Shown: positions 19,118 to 29,514, counted from the first letter of the stretch. The stretch is DNA of 64,000 bases from Bacteroidia bacterium (GCA_016787785.1 JAEUTO010000015.1:1-64000), one strand, 5' to 3'. The notes: a model not told the origin generated them from the sequence alone. Translations and numbers: made by a program.

Positions 19118-19152
19118 AAAAGGGTCCGGAAAATTTTCCGGACCCTTTTTAA
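19118..19152. terminator. Bidirectional Rho-independent terminator between convergent genes
   Basis: AAAAAGGGTCCGGaaaattttCCGGACCCTTTTTAA: perfect GC-rich stem flanked by A and T runs. Confidence 0.8.
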
Positions 19153-20480
19153 TACTTTCTTTTTTTAGCGTAATTTTCTCTTAACCTGCGGATCTTTTCC
19201 TGACTGCGTTTTCCACCTAACTGTTCTTTTTTATTCTTTGCTTTCTTTTCGTGAAAAGCGCCTCCACCCTCTATGGTTATTTTTTTCTGTTTCGCTAAAT
19301 TTTTATCGCGCGTAACAGGCATTTCGTCTTTTGTCAATTCTTCATCTATCTCTACGTCTTTTGACATTTTAAGAATAGGGATCTTTTTATTCATCAACGA
19401 CTCGATGGCAAGTTGCATTGGTTTTTCTGCATCTGTAATAAAACTCAAGGCTACACCGGCTTTATCTGCCCTGCCCGTTCTTCCTATCCTGTGAATATAT
19501 GCACTTGTCTCTTTTGGAATATCAAAATTAATAACATGTGTTACATTGGGTATATCCAAACCACGTGCAATAATATCTGTTGCTATTAATAAACGGTGTA
19601 CACCTTCATCAAAATATTTTACTGAAGCAAAACGCTGCGGTTGCGATTTATTAGAATGTATGACGCCAATTTCAGTTGGAAAATCAGGCTCTAATATTTC
19701 GTAGATGTCGTCTGCAATTTTTTTGTTCTTCACAAACAACAATACCTTGTTAAACCCCTTTTCGTGTTGAAGCAACCATTTTAATAAATTGATCTTGGTA
19801 TAAAAGTTGGGAACAAAATAAGCGTGTTGAATGATTTTTTCAAGAGGTGTGCCACGCGATATTAATTCAATGTATTGTGGTTTATTAAAAAATTTGGAGA
19901 TCATTAACTCCACATCTTCATTTAACGTTGCCGAAAATAAAAGATTTTGGCGTTTTGGTGGTAATATTTCTAGTATCTGTGTTAATTGCGCGCGAAAGCC
20001 CAGGTTCAACATCTCATCTACTTCATCTATCACCAGCTTTTTTACTGAACCTAACTGTAAGGTTCTGCTCAAAGTGAGATCTATCAATCTTCCTGGGGTT
20101 GCTACCAAAATATCCAAACCATCATACACTTTTTGTTTTTGTGTGTTGATATTTGAAGCGCCGTAAACGCCATAAACGCGAACGCTCATGAATTTTGCAA
20201 GTTTTTCTATCTCGCTAACTACCTGCGCCACCAACTCGCGCGTAGGCACTACTATTAATACGCGGGGCTGACGTTGCTCTGAATAGGTCAGTTGACGTAG
20301 TATTGGCAGTAGGTAAGCAAAGGTTTTACCAGTACCGGTTTGGGCAATACCAACAGCATCAGTTCCTGAAGAAATAATGGGAAAAGCTTTTTCCTGAATG
20401 GGCGTTGGCTCTTTAAAACCTATTTCATCCAGTGCGCGTAATAATTGTTTAGAAAGATTAAGGTCGCTAAAAGTGCTCAT
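19149..20480 (-). CDS. DEAD-box ATP-dependent RNA helicase with basic C-terminal tail
   Basis: Q-motif region TPIQEKAFP, Walker A AQTGTGKT, DEVD, SAT, HRIGRTGRA. Confidence 0.9.
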   Translation of the reverse strand: MSTFSDLNLSKQLLRALDEIGFKEPTPIQEKAFPIISSGTDAVGIAQTGTGKTFAYLLPILRQLTYSEQRQPRVLIVVPTRELVAQVVSEIEKLAKFMSVRVYGVYGASNINTQKQKVYDGLDILVATPGRLIDLTLSRTLQLGSVKKLVIDEVDEMLNLGFRAQLTQILEILPPKRQNLLFSATLNEDVELMISKFFNKPQYIELISRGTPLEKIIQHAYFVPNFYTKINLLKWLLQHEKGFNKVLLFVKNKKIADDIYEILEPDFPTEIGVIHSNKSQPQRFASVKYFDEGVHRLLIATDIIARGLDIPNVTHVINFDIPKETSAYIHRIGRTGRADKAGVALSFITDAEKPMQLAIESLMNKKIPILKMSKDVEIDEELTKDEMPVTRDKNLAKQKKITIEGGGAFHEKKAKNKKEQLGGKRSQEKIRRLRENYAKKRKY

Positions 20481-20524
20481 TGCTTTTTTTAATTTACACA
20501 AAGATACTTTAATAATTTTAATGG

Positions 20525-20911
20525 CTATTTTTCAAGCATTCCGCCTTCTATCCAGCAACGAAACTGTCTTAGTTCCTCGCCTGTAAGCTTTTCTCTTGGC
20601 GGCATGTTCTTTTGTATCAAAACATGCTGTTTTATCTCCCCTTCATCACCAAAATGCTTGAGATTGCTATAGATCTTAAAATTCATGCGTCTGCGGCTTT
20701 CATCATGGCAACCACCGGTATTGCAACTTTTGGCCAATAAAGGCTGTAAGGTTGCGTAAGTTACTTTTTCATCGCAGGCTTTTGTCTCTTCTGCACTTGG
20801 AACTATTTTTTTTGTTTTACAGGCAATTACAACCGATAAAGCCAAAAAAGAAAATATGATAATGGGTCTTGAATATCTCATGAAATTATTTTTTAAAGGA
20901 CGAAGTAACAA
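20525..20911 (-). CDS. Small lipoprotein, putative non-canonical (CX4CH) monoheme cytochrome-c-like protein; paralog of 32812..33171
   Basis: Lipobox VVIACK; CNTGGCH; NMPP (Met-Pro axial-ligand-like); C-terminal RCWIEGG. Confidence 0.4.
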   Translation of the reverse strand: MLLRPLKNNFMRYSRPIIIFSFLALSVVIACKTKKIVPSAEETKACDEKVTYATLQPLLAKSCNTGGCHDESRRRMNFKIYSNLKHFGDEGEIKQHVLIQKNMPPREKLTGEELRQFRCWIEGGMLEK

Positions 20912-20995
20912 ATTTATTTCTTAATTAAATAATCGCATTTATTAACATGATTCTTAAATAAAAAATGCATTTATTTTTTAAATTTACATATCCAA

Positions 20996-21886
20996 ATGGA
21001 AAGAAAAGATTTTTTAAAACTAATGGCTTTACTGCCACTTTCTGGCGCCGCTATGAAATTGAACGAATTAAATAAGCTCACAGAAAATTTAGGAGCTACA
21101 GATAATATGCCGGTACTTTTTGTTGGACATGGTAATCCTATGAATGCCATTAACGATAATGAATTTGTTACCGGTTGGAAAACAGCAGCAAAGAAACTAC
21201 CAAAACCAAAAGCTATTTTATGTATCTCTGCCCATTGGGAAACGAATGGCACGTTTGTTACCGCCATGAAAAGCCCAAGAACCATTCACGATTTTGGTGG
21301 CTTTCCAAACGAATTATTTGAAACAAAATATCCTGCACCTGGCAGCCCAGAATTTGCGTTAGAAACCAAGAATACAATTAAAAAAACTACCGTTGGCCTG
21401 GATGAAAAATGGGGATTAGACCACGGCACCTGGAGCATTTTAAAACCAATGTTCCCAAATGCTGATATTCCGGTTTTTCAATTAAGTTTGGATTATAACC
21501 AACCACCGCAATACCATTACGAGCTGGCGAAAGAATTGGCTTCACTACGCAAAAAAGGAGTATTGATAATTGGCAGTGGTAACATGGTGCATAATTTGGG
21601 AATGGTTAAAGCCACCTCCATGACCGATCTTGATAAAGAATATGGTTTTGATTGGGCTTTAGAAATGAACACCATCTTTAAAAATAAAATTACTTCACAG
21701 GATCATAAAGCATTGATCAATTATGAATCGTTAAGCAAATCGGCAAAGCTGGCTATACCAACACGCGAACATTATTTGCCGCTACTTTATACTTTAGCCT
21801 TACAGGAAAAAGATGAACAGCCTACATTCTTTAACGATAAAGCCATTGCCGGATCGTTAACAATGACATCTGTTTTAATTAAATAG
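20996..21886 (+). CDS. ygiD: Class III extradiol ring-cleavage dioxygenase (4,5-DOPA dioxygenase, YgiD/LigB family) with Tat-like signal
   Basis: PVLFVGHGNPMNAIND...AILCISAHWET...TAMKSPRTIHDFGGFPNELFETKYPAPGSP is a close match to the YgiD family; N-terminus MERKDFLKLMALLPLSGAAM. Confidence 0.85.
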   Translation: MERKDFLKLMALLPLSGAAMKLNELNKLTENLGATDNMPVLFVGHGNPMNAINDNEFVTGWKTAAKKLPKPKAILCISAHWETNGTFVTAMKSPRTIHDFGGFPNELFETKYPAPGSPEFALETKNTIKKTTVGLDEKWGLDHGTWSILKPMFPNADIPVFQLSLDYNQPPQYHYELAKELASLRKKGVLIIGSGNMVHNLGMVKATSMTDLDKEYGFDWALEMNTIFKNKITSQDHKALINYESLSKSAKLAIPTREHYLPLLYTLALQEKDEQPTFFNDKAIAGSLTMTSVLIK

Positions 21887-22277
21887 CTTTAGCCTTTTTT
21901 TTCTTTGGCGTAACCTCTTCTAATTTACCTTCTTTCTCGCCAAGATTTCTGCCCCATTTTGCTATGCTTTCAATAACAGGCAAAAGTGTTTTACCAAAGG
22001 CTGTTAACGAATATTCAACCCGCAACGGAACTTCTGCAAAAACCTCGCGCTTAATAATTCCATCTTCTTCTAAACTTTTTAATTGAAGGCTCAGCATTTT
22101 TTCGGTGATATCCGGAATCTGTTTTCTTAATTCGCCAAAACGCATAGTCTTATTGCGTAAATACCAAATAACAACTGTTTTCCATTTACCGCCAATGAAG
22201 TTCATGGTTACATCCATAGCGCAATGAAACGTATTACCACGCAATTTGAAAACATATGCTTTACCTTTAATGATCAT
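21879..22277 (-). CDS. HxlR family transcriptional regulator
   Basis: CAMDVTMNFIGGKWKTVVIWYL...MRFGELRKQIPDITEKMLSLQLKSLEEDGII. Confidence 0.85.
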   Translation of the reverse strand: MIIKGKAYVFKLRGNTFHCAMDVTMNFIGGKWKTVVIWYLRNKTMRFGELRKQIPDITEKMLSLQLKSLEEDGIIKREVFAEVPLRVEYSLTAFGKTLLPVIESIAKWGRNLGEKEGKLEEVTPKKKKAKAI

Positions 22278-22396
22278 TTTGCAATATTTTGTTAAATTAT
22301 AATACTGTCAATTTTGACAGCTATTGCAAAGGTAAATAAGTATACATATGTTTGCAACTATATTTTTGATAGCAACATTTAAAAAAACATAACACC

Positions 22397-23086
22397 ATGA
22401 AAAAAATAGCAATTTTAGGTACAGGAACAGTTGGGCAAACTTTTGCCACACGTTTAATTGGTTTAGGTCACGAAGTAATGATCGGAACAAGAAATGTTCA
22501 GGAAAAATTGTCTGCACCGGGAAAAGACGGTGGCAAGAATACTTTTGCAACCTGGCAGGAAGCTAACCCAAAAGTAAAACTTGGTACCTTTGCGGAAGCC
22601 GCTGCCTTTGGAGAACTAATTTTAAATACAACACAGGGCATGAATTCTATCAACGCTTTAAATTTAGCAACAGCAAAAAATTTAAACGGTAAAATTTTGG
22701 TTGACATCGCAAACCCTTTGGACTTTAGCAAAGGTATGCCACCGTGTTTAGCGCCTGAGTTAAGTAACACGAATTCTTTAGCGGAAGAAATTCAAAAAAC
22801 GTTTCCAAATGCCAAAGTGGTAAAAACATTAAACACAATGTGGTGTGGCATTATGGTTAATCCTGATTTAATAAAAGGCGACCATGTAAATTATATTTGC
22901 GGAAATGATGAGGAAGCAAAAACAAAAGTAAAAACATTATTAAAAGAATTTGGCTGGAAAGATGAGAATTTGCTTGACCTTGGCGACCTAAGCGCTGCAA
23001 GAGGTACAGAAGCAGTATTACCCGTTTGGTTAAGAATTTATGGCGCTAAAAAAATGGGCGCGTTTAATTTTAACATTGTGAGTTAG
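22397..23086 (+). CDS. NADP-dependent oxidoreductase, F420-dependent NADP reductase (Npd)-like Rossmann protein
   Basis: MKKIAILGTGTVGQTFATRLIGLGHEVMIGTRN dinucleotide-binding N-terminus; divergent from hxlR. Confidence 0.6.
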   Translation: MKKIAILGTGTVGQTFATRLIGLGHEVMIGTRNVQEKLSAPGKDGGKNTFATWQEANPKVKLGTFAEAAAFGELILNTTQGMNSINALNLATAKNLNGKILVDIANPLDFSKGMPPCLAPELSNTNSLAEEIQKTFPNAKVVKTLNTMWCGIMVNPDLIKGDHVNYICGNDEEAKTKVKTLLKEFGWKDENLLDLGDLSAARGTEAVLPVWLRIYGAKKMGAFNFNIVS

Positions 23087-23089
23087 TGA

Positions 23090-23120
23090 AAAAATCCCGG
23101 CCTAAACCGGGATTCATCAT
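23090..23120. terminator. Hairpin terminator AAAAAATCCCGGcctaaaCCGGGATT (first copy of a recurrent motif)
   Basis: Perfect 6-bp GC stem with CCTAAA loop, flanked by A and T runs. Confidence 0.6.
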
Positions 23121-23147
23121 TTTATTAATTTTAGATATCAATTGACG

Positions 23148-23708
23148 CTATTTCTTTTTAATGTGTTGCCGTGGATAATTATCCTTTAAAAAACTTCCCT
23201 TCAAGGAATCCATTTGCCAAAAGAATTGACTGAACATGTCCTTATTTAATTCAAATCGTTTTTGAAAATAGTCATCATTAAAAAAGTCATATTTAAAAAG
23301 CGAATCATTAAAGAAAATATTTTGATTGTGCTTTTCAAATAGATCTGAAGAGTTTATATTGAAATACGATCTAAATTGATTGAAAATACTATCATTATCT
23401 GCTCGCATATTCTTTCCACTTTTTCCCGAGTACACGTACGAATAAGTGGAATCGTATTTTATCATCTTTCCATTTTTATCATACTGCTTGTTAACTTTAA
23501 CATCTATTTTTGGTTTATTAAGCGAGTCAACTTGCTCTGTGCCTTTTATCTTTTCGGTTTGACCTACCTGCTCTTTGTGCGTTTGCGCATTGCATGAAGT
23601 CAGCACAAAGAAAAGAAAAAAGCAAATAGTGTTTTTAGCAAATTTATTATGATGTTTAAATACTTTATAACCATTATCCGAACTACTATTTTTCATACTA
23701 TCCTCCAT
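23148..23708 (-). CDS. Hypothetical lipoprotein/secreted protein
   Basis: FFLFFVLTSCNAQ lipobox-like; no domain recognised. Confidence 0.4.
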   Translation of the reverse strand: MEDSMKNSSSDNGYKVFKHHNKFAKNTICFFLFFVLTSCNAQTHKEQVGQTEKIKGTEQVDSLNKPKIDVKVNKQYDKNGKMIKYDSTYSYVYSGKSGKNMRADNDSIFNQFRSYFNINSSDLFEKHNQNIFFNDSLFKYDFFNDDYFQKRFELNKDMFSQFFWQMDSLKGSFLKDNYPRQHIKKK

Positions 23709-23755
23709 TTCTTCTATTTAAATAATTTCCATTTAACTATAGATATAAAGAAGAA

Positions 23756-24262
23756 TTAATTTTTCTTAAAATACTGCATCAGGCAGAACGTAATTATTAA
23801 TCCACAAGCCAAGCCCTCAAATAAGGTTATACCTGCAGCTACAAAAGGATTTGTATTGAAAGTAAAAAAAGTCCCTGCTCTAATCTGGATTAATATTGAG
23901 GGGTCATAACTAGTATAAATTAAAATAACTAAAGCATGTATCATTACGGCAGCAATCGACGTATATAATCCTACTTTAAATCCTTCAAAATAGTCAAGGC
24001 TATTACCGCTACCTGTTGGGCTAAACTCTTCAAGTGCAAAATAAACCCCCACCGCAAGGATCAATAAATTAACAACACTCAGCTGGTTTATTTCTAACCG
24101 ATGGGTAAAGGCACAAAGACCCAAAAAACTCGCTATTAATAACATAGAAGTCAGGATACCATTACGCCAGCAAATTTTTTGGATGCTCTTATCAGAATTA
24201 TTTCTGCGGAACTGTTCATTATTAAACAATCCATCATTTCTAAATAAATTAACCGTTTCCAT
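23756..24262 (-). CDS. Hypothetical integral membrane protein (about 4 TM helices)
   Basis: Hydrophobic segments throughout. Confidence 0.4.
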   Translation of the reverse strand: METVNLFRNDGLFNNEQFRRNNSDKSIQKICWRNGILTSMLLIASFLGLCAFTHRLEINQLSVVNLLILAVGVYFALEEFSPTGSGNSLDYFEGFKVGLYTSIAAVMIHALVILIYTSYDPSILIQIRAGTFFTFNTNPFVAAGITLFEGLACGLIITFCLMQYFKKN

Positions 24263-24540
24263 AGTTTATAATTTTTGAATTTATAAATTAAAAATCGCTC
24301 TGAATTTTTTTGCTACAAGCGAAATGCCAAATAAAATTCGACTGAATTTTTGACCTCGCTTTGTTAAAGGCCGTTAAAAAAAATGAAAATATTTCAGAAT
24401 CTTAGAAGCAAAAATGTCAAAAATTCATTTTTTTAATATCCATAAGCGGAGATCTTATGATTATAGGGCTGCGCTATGCTTATGAGAATCCATTAGTCCG
24501 GGTTTTTAATCCAGGCGCATAATAAGCAAAGAAATTAACA

Positions 24541-24572
24541 AAAAAATCTCGGCCTAAACCGGGACTTTTTAT
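24541..24572. terminator. Hairpin terminator AAAAAAATCTCGGcctaaaCCGGGACTTTTT (second copy of the recurrent motif)
   Basis: Same loop (CCTAAA) and stem as the 23090 hairpin. Confidence 0.6.
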
Positions 24573-24576
24573 TTGA

Positions 24577-24978
24577 TCAAAAATGGTAGCAAGTTGTGTT
24601 ATCTCTCCTTAACCTTCTCGCTTTCCTTTTTTTGGCTCCTTTTTTCTTTTTTAAATTAAAAAAGCTATGGGCCCACTTTCTTGATCGAAACTTTTTAGTA
24701 CCACTAGTATTCTTTGAGGTTAATTCGTTTTTACCTGAAAATGTATTACTGTAATTACTATTTGTATTGTCTGTCTTTATTTTTACTTCTCTTCCCAACA
24801 ATTTCCTATACTCTTCATCTGCCAGCTTTTGGTATTTATGACAAGGGCATTTAGGATTCCTGGGATCGGTGATGTCAAATTTTAATGAATCGTCTTTTAA
24901 AACCAAAGCATTTGCCAAACAAAAGCCACAACACAACAAAATAAAGAATAGTACTTTTTTATTTCTTACAGTTCTCAT
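24577..24978 (-). CDS. Hypothetical secreted protein with highly basic C-terminus
   Basis: Signal peptide VLFFILLCCGFCLANA; C-terminus KKKKGAKKRKARRLRR. Confidence 0.4.
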   Translation of the reverse strand: MRTVRNKKVLFFILLCCGFCLANALVLKDDSLKFDITDPRNPKCPCHKYQKLADEEYRKLLGREVKIKTDNTNSNYSNTFSGKNELTSKNTSGTKKFRSRKWAHSFFNLKKKKGAKKRKARRLRRDNTTCYHF

Positions 24979-25053
24979 GATCTTTGCTTTAAATTAAACC
25001 GCCTTCGCCTTTGCCCCTAATCAAATTTGAAGGCGGTTCTTGTTATGAAAATT

Positions 25054-28000
25054 CTATATACTTGGTTTTTTAATGGTGATCTTTTCTGTTGAACTCCATG
25101 TTTTAAATTCGTTCGTATAATACAAGTAAGCTGATGAAGCTGGTGCATCATATTCTCCCGGCATTTCTGCTTTAAGGTCAAGGTTAATTTCTTTAACCGA
25201 TGATGGTGCCATACCTCTGTAATAGATAGCGATGTTATTTCCTGAGATCTCGTAATAATCAAACACATGTTTTTCCTGCATTTCTTTTAATTGCCAAGGT
25301 TGTGCAGTAAAGCCGGCAGGGATACCTAACAACACCATTGTGCTTGGAATACCTTCGCTCTTTTTATTCGTTACGGTTGCAGTTAAACGAACTGTTTCAC
25401 CTACAGAAGTAGTTTTTTCAGATAATTTAGTTTTAAGATCTACCGCGCACTCTTTGTTACTGTTTGGTAACGATGTATTCCAGCTAACTGCAACCGAATA
25501 AGGTAACGGCGTTTTAACACCAAGGTATTTTACCTTTACAGTATGTTTTCCATCACCAGCAATAAATTTCTCTAAACTGTCAATTATCAACGCACCCTTA
25601 TCTCCTGCTTTGTAATTTCTGATACCGATCTTTTTGTTATCAATAAACACTTCGATCGTTCCATCTTCAGTCGTTTTTTTACTAGCTTTAGCAAATTCAG
25701 TTAATGCTTTTAATGCTAACACTGTTCCTTGTGTTGTGCTAAAGACTCCGTAACCGCTGCGAGCACTTACCAGGAACTGAACCGCATTATTTAATTCTAA
25801 GGCATTTTTATTTGACTTAAGCATAGCCATAATTGCCATTGCAGTAGTTTCAACTGTTAACGATTGGCCTTGAGAATAAGTAATAGAATGTGTTGAACCT
25901 GTCCAACTGCCATTTTTATCTTGCAATCCCATAAGCGTTGTCATTAACTCATCACCTTTTTTACTGTCTTTAAAACTATAAGCTGCATTTGCCATCATAG
26001 CAATTAAATAAGCATCTTTAGTATCTAACGCTTTTTTGCATGACGCAGCAAATTCTGCTTTTACATCGCTATAACCCGCTTCTGCAACAGCATAAACAAT
26101 ATAGGCGTTCATTACATCTTCACTAATTCTTCCAAAATCGTGGTAAGCATTTGTGTTTCTTGAGAATCCGCCTTTACCATCTTTATGTTTCATGATCCAT
26201 TCTGCAGTGCGGTCTATCATTTTTTGATCCACATCGCCGCCTGCTTTTTTCATATCCACAAATTCCATTAATCCAAAAGCGGTAAGACCTTCGTGACCAG
26301 GAGATGCACCAAACCATTCGTATCCTTTTTCTTTTGTTTCGAAAGTAACAAGGCGCTTGTAGCCTCTGTCTAAAAGTGTTCCTGCATAAGCCAGTGTTTT
26401 ATCATCTTTGCTTTCAGTAGCTTTTAAATAGTCTAACACCATTGCATTAGGATATGCACTCATAGAAGTTTGTTCAAAACATCCACCCGGTTCACGAAGA
26501 ATTCCTTCAACGCCCTTCATAAGATCGGTAACCACATTTGGATAAGCAGTAAAAATTGCTTTTGCCGAACCGTTGATCACTTTGTTCATCACGAAAGAAA
26601 ATTCTTTTTCAACATCTTGTCCCGAAAAAGAAGCAGTAACCGGGAAACCTTTTGGAGCTATTTTAATTTTTTGCGTAAAGACATCACCTAAACCACAGGC
26701 TTTAAATCCAATTGTAAATTCACCATAACCAATTTTATCCAACACTTTATAATCTAAATAAATTGTTTTTGCCTGACCCGGCATAATTGTTTGTATGGAA
26801 GCGGTAGTTGCAGCTGCTTGTAACGCTGCGGGAGCTGTGATGTTTAATAATCCACCAAGAGGTTTATCTGTATTGTTTTTTAAAGTTAATGGAATAGATA
26901 CCATATCTTCCGTAGCCACTTCAACCGGAATTTTTGTTGTCATTGAGAAAGGTAATTGTGAGAAGAAGTTCTTCTCTGCTCTTCCTAAAGTTCCATCATT
27001 TCCAATTCCTTCAACCGTTGTGCGGAAAGAAGTGATATCGTCAGACGTGTAGAACTCGATCGTTTTCTTACCAGAATAACCAACTTCTACATTCGGGTTC
27101 CAATAAATAGTATTTCTAAAATCTGTTCTTGTTTCTACACTCTCATCATTTTTATAAATAGGTGCAGCAAACTGACGAGCACGGTGATATTGAACAAGGT
27201 TTTCGTTGTTAGCAATGATATTGTTTAAACGAGCCGCTTTTCCAAATTGGTCAGCACGCATATCTCGCACTTCTGATGCAACCATCTTTTCACCTTCCAT
27301 ATCCAGACTTTTCACGTCAATTTTGCCAAGCATTTCCTTTTTAGCTTCTTCATTTTTAGGCAGCACTGGTTTTTTCTCAGCAGCTTTATCTTTTAACGCA
27401 ACTTCTTTTCTAACTGCTTTAGAAAGATCAACAGGCCCCATGTTTTGAGCCGGAATTGCCATACCTACGCCTGAAGCAACTTGCATATCTTCATTATCAG
27501 CCTCAAAAACCATTCCGGCCTTAGAGCGTTTGGAAGCTCCAGACTTTGTACTTGGTCTTTGTTTATAATTATAGTTGTAAGATTGAACCGGATATAAATA
27601 AACGGTCATGTCCTGGTTATAATTTTGAATGTACTGTGCCTGGTCACTATAACCAGGAGCTTTGAACGTAACCGTTTGTGCAGTTGAAAGATCCAGGTTC
27701 TTCACAAAGAATTTCCCTTCCCAGTCTCCTGCATATTCTAAACCACCATTAATTTTTACAACTGAGTTGGTGATTATTTTACCTGTATAAGCATCTAATA
27801 CTTTTCCTGAAATAATTGTTCTCTCCTCTTTGTAGGTTGCAACCGGCACTTCGTTTTCAATTAATTTTTCCCAGGTAAAACGTCTCCAACCTGATGTCAT
27901 TAAAAGGTAATCTAAGGCCTTATCAGATTTTTTTTCTTTTTCATCAAAATAAAATGCAGGTTCTTCTACTTTATCTTTAATATCCTGTTGCAATAAAAAT

Positions 28001-29514
28001 TGCGATAACATATTTCCGGATTTATCATCGGCAAAGGAAAGTAACTGATCGTTTACCACTGCCATTGAAAGGTTCGCCGGCATTGGTAAGCCACGTTCAT
28101 CCTTCACAAAAAGGGTCATTTTTACTTTTTCGCGTGGTAAGTATTTATCTTTATCGGTTTCAACTGAGATATTTAAATGTTTGTCTTTATTCACAAACAC
28201 CAATCTTTCAGCACGCGGAATTGCGTGCGAATCGAATAAAGTTATTTGCGAAACACCTATCGGGAAATTAGTAGTTGGGAAAGTAATTTTGTTAGATCCC
28301 TTTTTTGCATTAACAACAGTTGTGTAAAATGATTTTCCACGAACCTGAGCCACCAATGATAACTCTTCAGTTTCAGTTGAATTTATATTCACAGTTACTT
28401 CTTCCTCTTTAGAATTATCAATACTCATGGCGTAACCACGTTTTAAAGCTTCGGGCAATTTAAATGTTTCTTTAATTCCCTCTGGCTTGGTAATCTTTAC
28501 CGTATATTTTTCTTTAAGCGCCGGGTTAAATTTAAAAGCACCCATCCCCTGGTGAAAACTACTGAAAGTAGTTACCGCAACACCCTTCTCATCTAAAACT
28601 ACGCCTTCAACATCCGCGGGTTTTCCAAATTCATTTAGTGCACGAAACGCAACTGTATTTTCAAAACCGCAAAGCAGATCACCACCTTCAGGAAAAGCAG
28701 TAAAATCTATATCGTTTAAGATAATAGGTATAGAACGTGAAACGCTTTCGGTACTTCCGTTATAATCTATTAATACATTTAACAGACCATCGTTGGTTTC
28801 TAATTTTTCTGGTAAATTAAATTTAATGTATTTAATACCTTCTTCATCTGTTACTTCTGCTTTCTCGATTATTTTTTTGCCATCCAGATTGCAAACATAT
28901 CTTATTTTATAATCCGATAAGGGTTTGTTCTCGTTGGTATTTAATTCCAGTTTGGCAATAACCTGATCGCCGGCACCAAACGCTTTTTTCTCAAAATTTA
29001 ATTTCATTTTTAAATTTGGAAGTACAATATCCTGCACTTGAAAATCTCTTTCGAAAGTACTTTCTTCACCTTCATTTTTCATCCAATTTGTATAAGCGCG
29101 AATTTTATACATACCACCTAAAGCTTCGTTATCCAATAAAAAATCACCAGCAGCCTTGCCATTTTTTGAAATGATGGTGATCTTTTTTTCGATACCGCCC
29201 TTTGGATTTAATAATTCCACATGAACTATATCACTTTTATGCGATGGTTTTAACGTTTGCCCATCGCGCACATAAGCACTAAACCAAATACTCTCGCCCG
29301 GTTCGTAAAAAGGTTTATCAAAATGCAAATACACCCTGTCTTCCGGCAGAGCGTCGTTGTACTTCGTCAATTTCTTTTTTATCATGGAAATTACCTCGTT
29401 ATCCATGGCCATTTTATACACGCTGGCTGGTGTAACCCATGCGGCAAGCGATAAGGTAACCAAACCTATTGCGGCAATGCGGGTTGTTTTTGTGGTAATT
29501 GATCTGATATTCAT
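25054..29514 (-). CDS. Alpha-2-macroglobulin family protein (bacterial A2M, thioester type)
   Basis: About 1486 aa secreted protein; thioester-like PGGCFEQTSMSAYP (CxEQ); MG-domain-like beta-rich architecture. Confidence 0.75.
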   Translation of the reverse strand: MNIRSITTKTTRIAAIGLVTLSLAAWVTPASVYKMAMDNEVISMIKKKLTKYNDALPEDRVYLHFDKPFYEPGESIWFSAYVRDGQTLKPSHKSDIVHVELLNPKGGIEKKITIISKNGKAAGDFLLDNEALGGMYKIRAYTNWMKNEGEESTFERDFQVQDIVLPNLKMKLNFEKKAFGAGDQVIAKLELNTNENKPLSDYKIRYVCNLDGKKIIEKAEVTDEEGIKYIKFNLPEKLETNDGLLNVLIDYNGSTESVSRSIPIILNDIDFTAFPEGGDLLCGFENTVAFRALNEFGKPADVEGVVLDEKGVAVTTFSSFHQGMGAFKFNPALKEKYTVKITKPEGIKETFKLPEALKRGYAMSIDNSKEEEVTVNINSTETEELSLVAQVRGKSFYTTVVNAKKGSNKITFPTTNFPIGVSQITLFDSHAIPRAERLVFVNKDKHLNISVETDKDKYLPREKVKMTLFVKDERGLPMPANLSMAVVNDQLLSFADDKSGNMLSQFLLQQDIKDKVEEPAFYFDEKEKKSDKALDYLLMTSGWRRFTWEKLIENEVPVATYKEERTIISGKVLDAYTGKIITNSVVKINGGLEYAGDWEGKFFVKNLDLSTAQTVTFKAPGYSDQAQYIQNYNQDMTVYLYPVQSYNYNYKQRPSTKSGASKRSKAGMVFEADNEDMQVASGVGMAIPAQNMGPVDLSKAVRKEVALKDKAAEKKPVLPKNEEAKKEMLGKIDVKSLDMEGEKMVASEVRDMRADQFGKAARLNNIIANNENLVQYHRARQFAAPIYKNDESVETRTDFRNTIYWNPNVEVGYSGKKTIEFYTSDDITSFRTTVEGIGNDGTLGRAEKNFFSQLPFSMTTKIPVEVATEDMVSIPLTLKNNTDKPLGGLLNITAPAALQAAATTASIQTIMPGQAKTIYLDYKVLDKIGYGEFTIGFKACGLGDVFTQKIKIAPKGFPVTASFSGQDVEKEFSFVMNKVINGSAKAIFTAYPNVVTDLMKGVEGILREPGGCFEQTSMSAYPNAMVLDYLKATESKDDKTLAYAGTLLDRGYKRLVTFETKEKGYEWFGASPGHEGLTAFGLMEFVDMKKAGGDVDQKMIDRTAEWIMKHKDGKGGFSRNTNAYHDFGRISEDVMNAYIVYAVAEAGYSDVKAEFAASCKKALDTKDAYLIAMMANAAYSFKDSKKGDELMTTLMGLQDKNGSWTGSTHSITYSQGQSLTVETTAMAIMAMLKSNKNALELNNAVQFLVSARSGYGVFSTTQGTVLALKALTEFAKASKKTTEDGTIEVFIDNKKIGIRNYKAGDKGALIIDSLEKFIAGDGKHTVKVKYLGVKTPLPYSVAVSWNTSLPNSNKECAVDLKTKLSEKTTSVGETVRLTATVTNKKSEGIPSTMVLLGIPAGFTAQPWQLKEMQEKHVFDYYEISGNNIAIYYRGMAPSSVKEINLDLKAEMPGEYDAPASSAYLYYTNEFKTWSSTEKITIKKPSI

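Noticed and set aside
24263-24540. 314-bp intergenic region as a possible sRNA or small ORF
   Set aside because: It contains only AT-rich weak palindromes and the recurrent terminator hairpin. There is no convincing ORF or structured RNA signature by eye.
25017-25268. 83-aa minus-strand ORF overlapping the A2M 3' end
   Set aside because: It is an alternate-frame overlap with a strongly supported long CDS.
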